Source: Octopus vulgaris
Taxonomy: Eukaryota
DNA length: 64,000 nucleotides
Assembly: GCA_951406725.2 (NCBI GenBank)
Contig: OX597824.1
Location: forward strand, 86,242,001-86,306,000
Direction: 5' to 3'
Part shown: one piece after another, positions 12,801 through 24,800 of the stretch
How the letters are laid out: each line of letters begins with the position of its first letter
How positions within the stretch are numbered: the stretch's first letter is position 1
Translations under genes and position numbers: made by a program
Notes under the pieces: model-generated
What the model was told of the DNA's origin: nothing
Seen by the model: only the letters and a program-made list of their open reading frames with translations
Databases searched by the model: none

Positions 12801-15800
12801 CAAGGTTTGCCTTTCCATATTAGTATGTGTTGGACAGTTTGTTACATGACATGCAAAACAACAGCTGACACCATTCATGGTCTGCTACCCTCTTCGACTC
12901 ATTTATGCTCTACTTTTCACAAAAACTGATGTTACATAACTAAGAGATTGTACTCAACTCATTTCTCTCCAGCATCTGCAAGTCTTCTACACTCAACACT
13001 CAAGACTTGCAACCATACAGCTTCACACTCTTTACAAACTGATGATTCAGAAATCTATCTTTGGCACACAGAAACAACCGAAAATCTAAATCTAAATCTC
13101 TTGTTCAATAAAGCTTCAAGGTAAATAACAGATATGGTAAAGTATTCATCTGGTCAAACTCAGAGGCCAGAAAGTCCTGGAAATACTTACATATTGTATA
13201 GGTACAGTCTGAGGACGAATGTGGAGTTTTTCAATTGTCTGAACATCTTCACAACTAGGTGGAGACTAAATTTTAAAAAAAAAAAAAATTGGATAAATAA
13301 ACTCCAAATAAACATTATTTCATATAATTACATTCATACAAATGAAATATATTTTCTTTAATTTCCAGTGTGATTAATATGTAAATCATTGGCTAAAAAT
13401 GAATTTAAACAGCTGTACCACTAACACAAATAACATGTTCAAACAAAAGACTATAAACATAACAAGGAACTCAAATTTACATTTTTGATTTTTTGAGATA
13501 TTTTCCTTCAAATTTCTACTTTATCTTTTAAACATTTTCCACTGCTCTAACCACTAGGCCATGTGCCCCAGCTTTGAAGCTGAAACAATTAAAAGATTTA
13601 ATAAACATTGCATATATAAAACTATATATTTTCTTGTAGGAAATTGAATGAACTAACACATTCTTCTTTGTTATTTGACTTTTCGGCTGACAGTTTAGCC
13701 CCGTCATCTCCTGAGGGTTAAAATAGAATATCCAATTACCTTTAGGGAATTCCTCATTTCATCAAGCTGTATTTGTTGTTCGAGAAGTTGTTGTTGTTGC
13801 TGTTTGACTTTCTCTTCAGAAAGTGCCAAAATGTGTTCTTTTTCTTGCAAGCATTCAGTCTTTGAAAGAGAATTTAAGAAACAGAATTTAAACTTCTATT
13901 TCAGAAAGAAGAATCTAATAACAAGGGAACAAAGGAAACACTGATGTCTCTCAGTTCAAAGTACAAAAAAAAAAAAAGAAGAAAAAAAAAGGGTTGTTAC
14001 CATTTCTTTTAATTTTTCCTTCAGTGAGTTATTTTCTTTTGTCATCTGAATAAATATTTCCTCATCACTTGATAGTTGCTCCTGGCACTAATTAATTAAA
14101 ATAAAATAAAATAAAATAAGCATCATCATCATCGTTATTGTTTGATGTCCATTTTCCATGCTGGTATGGGTTGGATGGTTTAAGTGGAGCTGGCCAGCTG
14201 GGAGCTGTTCAAACTCAAACTCTCTGTTGAGGCAGGTTTTCTATAGCTGGATGCCCTTCCTATCACCAACCACTTAACAGAATGTGCTGAGTGTTTCTTT
14301 ACATGCCACTGGCACAGGTGTGTTTACGCAGCACCATATTTGATGTAAAACTTTGTGAATAATACACATTCTCAAATTTTTTCTACCATCATCATCATCT
14401 TTGTTTAACATCCGCTTTCCATGCTAGCATGGGTTGGACAATTTGACTGAGGACTGGCAAACCAGATGGCTGCACCAGGCTCCAGTCTTGATCTGGCAGA
14501 CTTTCAACAGCTGGATGCCCTTCCTAACGCCAAACACTCCGAGAGCTTAGTGGGTGCCTTTACGTGCCACTGGCACGAGGGCCAGTCAGGTGGTACTGGC
14601 AACGGCCACGTTCAAATGGTACTTCTTATGTGACACCTGCACAGGAATTAGTGCAGCAGCACTGGCAAGGAGCCAGTCCAGCGGCACTGGCAAAGGTCTT
14701 TTTTTTTAATATTTTACTTGAGCTCTAGAACTCATAAGGCCCCATATCTGGTTTCCCTGGCATATAAATGTCCAAATTCACATTCCCCCCTCAACAAGAT
14801 GCTATTCTGTTGCAGGGTTCAAAGCTAGCAATTTTGAGGGAAAGGACAACTTGATTAAATCAAACCCTGTACTTGACTGGTACTTTATTTCATTAAACCC
14901 CCAAAGGGGATGAAAGGCAAAGTTGATCTCAGTGGGACTGGAACTCAGAATACTCCTAAGCATTTTGTCTGATGTGCAAACAGTTCTGCCAGCTCACTGC
15001 CCTAATGTTTGGGCCTACTCTGCCTTAACAACCTGGTAATACTTGGCTTAGCATGCAGTGTTGCACAGCTTCTAGATGAGCAGATAACCTTCTAAATCCA
15101 ATATGGTAGTTTTTAATATAAGATGGTGAGCTGGCAGAATCATTCGCATGCCAGGCAAAATGCTCAGCAGTATTTCATCCATTTTTACATTCTGTGTTCA
15201 AATAGCATCCCCAAAGTCCATCCCCTCTTCACTGTGGTGGGGACGCTGGCAACGAGTAGTGTCAGAGCTATGCTATTGGGAACTTCGGTTCCTGGTAGGA
15301 CCACCCAAGGCGGATTGGTCTGACACAGAGTGGTATTAGGGCCACAACCCAGCAGACGGGGCTCTGGTAAAAATCCTCGGATTGTCTGTTTTGGTAACTG
15401 GCAGCTCCTCAGTTGTTCTGTCCCTGCGTCTGCGGCAAACAGGATGTCTCTACATGCGGGATTGTTGGGGACTGCTTGTGAAATTCATATTCCCACGAAA
15501 CTTCTTCCACCGCCATGGTTTGAGATGTCTCGAGGGTGGTGGAAGAAGCCGACTCAACCCGCCCAGGGTGAATGTCGCCACAAGTACAAGTAAGTGAGTG
15601 TTCAGATTCTACCGAGATCAACTTTACCTTTCATCCTTTCGGGGTCAATGAAATAAGTATCAGCTGACCTCTGGGTGTGTGTATATATGCATTTTGTGAA
15701 CCTGAATGTATGTATCACGCGTATTACGCATTACTCTATCTTATCAGATGACACAGCACAAACTGCCCTTCATACCTTCTTGATATCAGCTTGAAGTTCT

Positions 15801-18800
15801 TCTATTTTCTGTTTATTCCAATATTCAGTTATATTGACTGAAGATGTGACATTCTTCATGATCTGCAAAAAAAAAAAAAAAGAAAAAAAGAAGAAATGGT
15901 TCATGGCCATAGCTAACAGATAGAGGAAGGCCAAATAGTAACAATAAAGGGTCCTTAGTGCAGAGAAAGCCTTATTGTATGGCACTGGCAACGACCTCGC
16001 TTGTAAGGCAACGCAGGTAACGATCACACTCGAATGGTGTTTTTTATGTGCCACCGGCATGGAGGCCAGCTTCTTGCTCTGGCAACAATCACGTTCAAAT
16101 GGTACTCTTAGCGCTCGACTAGCACAGATAGAAAACTGGTTAATAGCCTGCAAGAAAAGCTATACGGTACCAAGAAGGACCACAGAAAATTGAAAGGAGG
16201 GGAAATGTAAAACCCATTGTTATGGTGTAGGAACAGAAAATTGGTGTTTACTCACCTCTTCTCTCAACTCTAACCAATCATTTAAAGAAAGGTTCTGGCT
16301 TTTAGATAGAATATCTCGTTCCTGTATTTGCAACAGTTGTTTGTAGGCCTCTTCTGATAACTGCTGATAATGGTGGCACTCTGCTTGCAGTCTGCATGTC
16401 AAACAAATATTCAGACATCATGTTAGAAGATTAGCACAGCATACATACTGAAATGTTGTATTGGACATTATAATTGGGCACACTTTGTTGGTTTGTTTGC
16501 ATCCTATAGCTTAGTTGTCCGGCAAACGAGTCCTATGGTATAACTACCAGATTTAAAATATGCTCTGGTGTTGCTTGGTTGAACTACAAGCCGATTGTTC
16601 AGCATTGGCAAAGCTTAATTACAGAATTAAAAAGCACCAACCGATCGTGACCATTGCCAGCCTCCCCTGGCACCTGTGCCGGTGGCATGTATAAAGCACT
16701 CATGGAGTGGTTGGCGTTAGGAAGGGTATCCAGCTGTTGAAACACTGCCAGATCAGACTGGAGCCTGGTGCAGCCTCCTGGCTTCCCAGACCCCAATCGA
16801 ACCGTCCAACCCATGCTAGCATGGAAAACGGACGTTAAACGAAGATGATGATGATGATGATGATGAGTGTGAGAATAAATGTTAAAATGACAAACCAGTT
16901 CTGGCAATCATCAGATGTAGAGTAAAAGTGTTTAAGAAGCACACTTTAAAAATATGTATACACCTGAGAGTTATATGTATAATGTTGATGGAAATTGGAT
17001 CAAATTTGATCCAAGTTCCATCAAAATCCCTCTCTACTTCTTTGTCTCTCATTCCCCTTCCTCCACTACCACATCTTCCCCATCACCTCAACACCCTATA
17101 TTCTCTCCCTTTCTGGCCTACCTCCATAACCCTTACACCTCTCCTTCAGTGACCCTCTCTGGATCCTCACCACATCATCATCATCATCAACATCATTTAA
17201 CGTCCGTTTTCCATGCTAGCATGGTTTGGATGGTTCGACCGGGGTCTGGGAAGCCAGGAGGCTGTACCAGGCTCCAGTCTGATCTGGCAGTGTTTCTACA
17301 GCTTGATGCCCTTCCTAACTCTGTGAGTGTAGTGGGTGCTTTTTACATGCCACCAGCACAAGTGCAAGGCGAGGCTGGCAACGGCCACGATCGATTGGTG
17401 CTTTTTACCTGCCACCAGCATGGAAGCCAATCAAGGTGGCGCTGGCATCAGCCATGTTCGAATGGTGCATTTTATGTGCCACCGGCACAGGTATCACAAC
17501 TACACCTGCATCTATTTTCTCTCTTTTGTGTTCCCTCATATTCTCTTCTTGCACACCTTCCTCTCATACTCACTCTTAAAATAAATATGGGGATAGCCCT
17601 TAGCATCCTGTTCACAACCCTTACAACTGTCCCCTTCTAATCCCATCCCTTTCTCCTGTTCCTTCAATACTCTCCCCCAATAGTGATTACTCTTTTACTC
17701 TCGCCATTACCACCACCACCATCATCATCATTATTTAATGTCCATTATCCATACTGGCATGGGCTGGATGGTTTGACCAGGGATGGAAAGCTGAAGGGCA
17801 GCACCAGACTCCAGTCTGATTTGGTATGGTTTCTATGGCTGGACACCCTTCCTAATGCCAACCACTCCTAATGCTCTTCCTAACGCCATTACATTCTGAG
17901 AGTGTAATGGGTGCTCTCACATGTAACTGGCATTGGTGCCAGTTACATGACACCAGTATCTGCCAGCATCATCATTTAATGTCCATTTCCCATGCTGACA
18001 TGGGCCGGACAGTTAGACAGGATTTGGAGAGCTGCAAGACCATGTCAAACTCCAACTGTCAGCTTTGGCATGGTTTCTATGGCTGGACCCTAACCCTTCC
18101 TAACACCAACTAAAAACCTGTCCTTTTTGGCATATTTCATCTCCTCTTATCACCTTACCTAAAATCATCGCACTCTCTCTCTCTTCTTCTTCTTTTTCTC
18201 TCTCTTTTTCTCTCCTTACTCTCTCTCGCTTTCATTCTCTTCCAGTTATAGGAGCCACTTTAGGGGCTTTATTCTTGCAAGTTGCAAGATGACTTCAATA
18301 GTGCTGGTGCCACAAACACAAACACACATCCAATATACTGAGTAAGGTGGTTGGCACCAGTAATGGCATCCAGTCATGGAAACTATCTCCAGAACAGACA
18401 CTGGATAATGATGCAGTCCTCCAATTCACTGGATCCAATCAAACTGTCTAAGCCATACCAGCAAGGAGAGATGCTAATAATATATACACATGAGCAAAAC
18501 GCTCCCCCGTCCAATGGACGGTGCTGAGTTGTCAAACATTTAAATCAAATTTTCTTGAAACAACTTGTCCAACCATCCCATAAGCCTCCCCTTTGAGAAA
18601 CACTGATTTAACCTAAATTTGAGACACCAGCAAAAGAAGAAATAAAGATAGACTGTTTTTCTATTCCAAAGACAAATGATTTTATTCACACGAATATGCT
18701 TTATCAATTGCATTATTGCCTGGAATCGATTTTTGTAATTTTTTCAAGACTTATACACACCCTGATACCATCGGTATCTACATATCAAATTTGAGTGCAA

Positions 18801-21800
18801 TTGGATGGAAGATGCCTGAGATTCTAGAAGACACACAGACAGACAGAACGGATTTTATATAATAGATATACACATCCAACCATTTATAAAGGCTTTATGA
18901 TTAAACCTGAGAACTTTCTCTTCCATATCCTTTATGTTGCTGCTCTGAGTTGAAAATCTCTCTTTGTCAAGGTCACTAGTGCTGTTACCATCACCATCGC
19001 CAGCACTGAACAGACGGGTTTGTTGACGTGCCAGTTCCTCTCGCAAATTCTGAAACGAAAGAAATCTGAAGGTTTAAGGAGAATCTTCAATGAAGAAGAG
19101 AGTAAAAGTGAAAGAAAAGAGGGGACAAAAAACGATTTCAGAATTAACCAAGAAATTTGCACAGGTTATCAGTAGGATACAAGGATCTTTTCGGTTTGAA
19201 TGGCAGTTTTCAACATAATTTCCACGTAACTAAACACTTTTAAACTTCGTATACTGGTAGAATGTGTTTATAAAACATCTTTTTCTCTTGGCTTTATTGA
19301 GAAAATTATATAGTTTGTAAGATATTTGTTGTTTTTTTCCTTCAATTTCTGCAATTTCAACCAATCAATGACGTCTATTGAGGTGAAAACATTCTGTGCC
19401 GTATGAATATGTCCCTCGTTTAAGAAACAGATTGGGTTTATTTACATTTGTGAAGAAAAAAAGATACCCTTCCCCCACCCCTAACCCTAACTAACCCTAA
19501 ATCTAAAATAGATTGAAATGCAATAGATTGATTCTAGGGTCATAATTATGGGTGTCATATGAAATTGAGCTGTATGTTTGTGGTGTGATTGTAATCCCTG
19601 AACAATCTACCGATATTGAGTTCTTCAACAACAACAACAACAGATGATATTAATAACAACTCACAAGGATTTCTGTCTGCATCTCTTCAAATCGAATTGA
19701 CTGGATATCTCTGTTAATGATGGGTTTATTTCGGATGTCTTTCACCTGGAAGGAAAAAAACATGAATTTGCCATTATTATTAATCCAACTTATTACATCC
19801 TGATTTCAAATTCTATTGAGGTCAACTCTCATCCTTTCAGAGTTGATAAAATAAAACACCAGTCAAGTACCCCTCCCGCTAAAATTGCTGGCCTTGTACT
19901 AAAATCATCATCATCATCATCAGTAGTAGTAGCTGTAGTTGCAGTAGTAGTATTAGTAGTAAAGATGGTGGAGGTGGTGGTACCTCTGATACTACACTGC
20001 TGCTATCATCACCACCATCATCACTACTATTAATACTGATGATGAGGAGGAGGAGGAGGGGAGGAGGAAGAAAAAGAGGAGGAAGAGGAGGAGGAGAAAG
20101 GAGGAGAGAGGAGGAGGCGGAGAAGGAGGAAGAGGAGATAGGAGGAGGAGGAGAGCTTTTGCCTCAGGCACAAATTTGAGGAGATAGAACAATAGATTAT
20201 AAGGATTCCTGTAGTCAACTGGTATTTATCTAATTGACCCATGAAGATTCAAAGACAAAGGGTGGGATTTGAACTCAGAATGTAAAGAAATGGAAATGCA
20301 TGAAGATGATAAAAGAAAAAATGTGAAGATGATTCAAATAGCAGCAGAAGTGGCAGTACTTGGTACTAAACCTTTGAGGCTCGTTACCTACAAACACCTA
20401 ATTGACTGGATATCTCTGTTAACCCTTTTGATACTAACCCGGCTGAAACCGGCTCTGGCTCTGTGGTAAAATGTCTTGTTTTCATAAGTTTTGAATTAAA
20501 ATCTTCCACCAAACATTAGTCACAATTTACGTTCCTAAAACTAGTGGAATGATGACTAAGTTATTTTACTAAATTCTTTGTAATATTTAAAGTAATTGAA
20601 AGAAACACAGAGTATCTCAAAATAAATACAGTAACGAAAGTGTTAATGAAGGGTTTATTTCAGATGTAACAGATGTGAAAATAATAACAAAGACTCCAGT
20701 GGTCTCTGTGAGTATTTTTTAACCCCTTATTTTTTAACCTTTTTTAATCCCATTTAAACCAGCCATATCTGGCCCCAAATATCCTACCTGTTTTATGTTC
20801 AAACCAGTCAGAAATGGCTTCTCACACCTGCCCTACAATGTCATCTTGAAAATAATTAATCACATCATTGAAACCTCAAAGCTATGAGACAACACATAAT
20901 TAATTTAAAACAATGTGAATAAATAAGCATCATGTTTGGCAGAATGATCCGAGTGCTAACGAGTTAAAGCTGTTGTTAATTACAAACAAGAGGAAGTAGA
21001 AATATCAGTCTTACTCTGTTAGCATATTTAAGGGAATTCAAGGTCTCATCAAAGCCAGAAACTGCAGGACTAACACAACAAATCATCAGTGTCTGAGCAT
21101 TGCCGCCAAGGGAATCCTGTAAGGAAAACAAGAGGGATGTCAAATAAACAACAAACACATTATTTATAAAGAAACATCACCGTAAACTGCGCATATTTCT
21201 TTGGTCACTTGTGAGGCATTTTTCCCTTTAAAGAAGAAGAAAAGCATCAAGTGCCGAAAATGAACTTTCTTTTCTTCCATTTTAAAGGGTTACAGAATTA
21301 ACACAGGTTATAGGAACATAAACCTTCTTCCACGAAAAGATAGCTTAAACTTTGCTCTAAATGGAGGTGTAGTCAAATCCTATTTTATGGACTCAACCAT
21401 GTTCTAAAATAAGTCGAAAGGTAAGCTACTATAAATCGGCACAAACTTTCCGGACAACCTAATATTTTATAACAATTATCAAAAAGAATCCCACTTTAGA
21501 AATGTATTAATTTGAATTTGTTAAATACAATTTAATTATTTACTTTCATTTTACATTTTAAGTATATATTTAGGCAGTTCTCAGACAAATGGAAAATCCA
21601 GAAATCTAGGCCCCTTGCCAAATATTTAGTCCAATACTGAATCACACTGGAAATGGATTCCACAGATATTTTGTCTATGGAGAAAAATTTCTTTATTACA
21701 AATTAAATGCAGCATTTCATTAATAATACACTGAGAGAACCAAATTTCAGTATATATATTGAAGATATGTGGAGGTGCAATGGCCCAGTGGTTAGGGTAG

Positions 21801-24800
21801 TGGACTCGCGGTTATAGGATTGTGGTTTCGATTCCTAGACCGGGTGTTGTAAGTGTTTATTGAGTGAAAAGACCTAAAGCTCCATGAGGCTCCGGCAGGG
21901 GGTGGTGGCCATCCCTGCTGTACTCTTTCGCCACAACTTTCACTCACTCTTTCTTCTGTTGGCCAGCTCACTTAGCCAGCAGGGTGGCGTCATTTGAAGG
22001 CTAAAACAATGCGAAGTGTATTGTGACCAGCGATGTGTAGCAACATCTGATAGCCTGGTCGGTCACGGTGATCACGGTGATATTGAAGGTAGTAAGTTCA
22101 TGAGAAAAAGACAAAAAGAGAAAAAATAATTATGAGCAGAAAGAGATATACAACCTATATTAATAGTTATCGCCAAGCTAATATGGCAGCCCATAAATAT
22201 AGGACGAAAGCTGCCATTGATTAGCTCCAAGAGGCCATCGCCTCTAGCTAGCTATATGACACACGAACCTGTGTCCATTATAACTTTCGAACAGAAGAGG
22301 TCAGCCACTTCCCCTTGCTGGTCAGGCATCTGCAGACATGTTTCAGGGTATTTGCCCTTTATTAATGCAGAGTAGCTGAACCCAGCAGGCATCACTACTG
22401 ATCGTCTATTCGAAGGATTACTGACCTTTAGAGAGACTTAGAAATAATAATATTTCTATATTAGACACCGGGTCATAGTGCTAGTGCATGCATATGCAGC
22501 TGCGTGCGTGTGCACATACACGTGAGTACTGTCTAAATCTCCGACCAATCACATACAGCTAGTTGGCATTCAATTGGCGTATCAAGTTTTGGGCATTTTG
22601 ATTGGGTTTTGGATAGAAAATTCACAAAAAAGTCACTTCTATTGATTTTTTAATGGCTTTGCGGGGTGACTGGGGAAATGTAAAGATGTGCACGACCACT
22701 CTTGGACGGTTTTGAATGACCATAGAAAGTGTGAGCCTTCTAACTGAAAAATTGTGGATTTGTATAAAGGACACACACACACAGACAGACATTTTGCCGT
22801 TTATATATATATAGAGAGATAAAACCAACAAGCAACGATGCAAGAAAGTGTCTAGCATTACTGACCTCCAGTGGAGGTGTCTTACAAATGAATTGTAGAT
22901 GCCAAAAACAATATGCAACTCATAAAGCATGTTTTATATATTCTTCACCTGACAACACTGGAATTTCTTAAGCAATGGTTTTGATCATTAACCTACCTTG
23001 AGGATTCTGGTAATTTTGGAATCTCTGTAAGGAATGTGTTTGGCTTTTTTCTTTGAGTCAGCAAGTGAACTGATAACATTGCCGAGAGCTAAAAGACCAG
23101 TATTTATATGTACTGATTCTACAAGAGACAAGAAAAGAAAAAAAAAATTATATATATATATATATATATATTTATTATGATATATAAACATATATATATA
23201 TATATATATTTTAAATAAATAAATAAAACAATATCTTTTACTTATACACACACAGTTTCTGTCTAATAAATTCACTCACAAAGCATTGATCACCCTGGGT
23301 TTATAACAATGTGGTTTCCAGTTCACTTCCAGTGTGTGGCACACAGGACAAGTGTCTTCTACTTATAGCCCTGGGTCAACAAATGACTTGTGATTGAATT
23401 TGATAAATGGAAACTGTGTGGAATCCCACTGTATGTGTGTGTGTGTGTTTGTGTCTTTGTTCTCCCCCACCCCACTGCTCAAAAACCAGTGTTGGTTTGT
23501 TTACGTCCCCATAACTAAGCAGTTTGGCAACAGAGGCCAATAGAATAAGCACCAGTCTTGAAAAATAACTACAAAGGCCAATTTGTTCAACTATACCCCT
23601 AAAGGGGGTGTCCCAGCATGGCTACATCCTCATATGACAGAGACAAGTAAAACATAAACGAATATGATAAACTCATCATCATCATCATCATTTAATGTCT
23701 GTTTTCCTTGCTGGCATGGGTTGGACAGTTTGATTGAAAACTGGTAAGCTGTGGAGCTGCACCAGGTTCCAATCTGATGTGACATGGTTTCTCCATCTGA
23801 GTGCCCTTCCTTAACACGAACCACTCCAAGAGAGTAGTGGGTGCTTTTTACATGGCAAAGGTACCAGTTACAAAACACCAACATTGGCCACAACTACGAT
23901 CCCACTTGGCTTGACAAGTCTTCTCAAGCACGGTATATTATCAAAGGTCTCATCTCGGTCACCTGTCACGGCCTCTGTGAGGCTCACAAACAAAACAATG
24001 GGATCTTTACCTTTTGACTGACAGATTTAAAAAATAATTTTTTGTAACAAAACACTTTCAAACTTCAGACACTGGTAGAATGTGTCATATAAAACATCTT
24101 TTACTCTTAACATTTTTGAGAAAAGCTTATATTTAGGAAGTTATTTCATGTTAAAGTTCTCGTCAAATTGTCCAACTCATGCTAGCATGGAAAGCAGACG
24201 TTAAACAATGATGACGATGATGATGTTCTGTGACTGTTAATGAGAAAGAAAAATAGCCAAAGCGCTAATGAAGCTGACTACAATCCTCATGTCATGAATT
24301 GGTACCTGTTTTCATCTATTTCATACTAGACATGGTGAATGATAATGCTGTTGGCTCATTGTGTTCCTGGGGGTGAGAGTGACAAAAAAGTACTAGTAAT
24401 TTGGTGTAATGGACTTGGTTTAACTAATGTTAACTTTCTATACTTGTATAAACTGGTGGAAGATAACATCCTTACACAGAGTTTTGCTGAACCAAATTTA
24501 GCTCATAGATTATTGATCAACTCAAGGCTATAGTAGACAACACTTACCCAAAGTGCCTCACAAAATGATCAAGCAATATCTTTGTGTGTGTGAAAGTGTG
24601 TGTGTGTGTGTGTCTGTGTGTGTGTGTAAATGTGCATGTGTGTGCATGCATGTGTCTATGTGCATACACATTCACATATATACTTACAAACACAAATCCA
24701 AGCAAACATGTAAAAATGCTAAAATTGACAACAATGATATATGTATGTATCTATATACATATATGTGTGTGTATGTGTGTATATATATGTATGTATGTAT

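Noticed and set aside
16954-17640. 228-aa plus-strand ORF (similarly 27218-27925 and the flanks of 32889-33647)
   Set aside because: Chimeric read-through of low-complexity DNA and repeats; only the exon 6 portion of 32889-33647 is real coding sequence.
19478-19500. Telomere-like (CCCTAA)n
   Set aside because: Only about 3 imperfect units inside a dispersed repeat (related sequence near 24000-24165); not a telomere.
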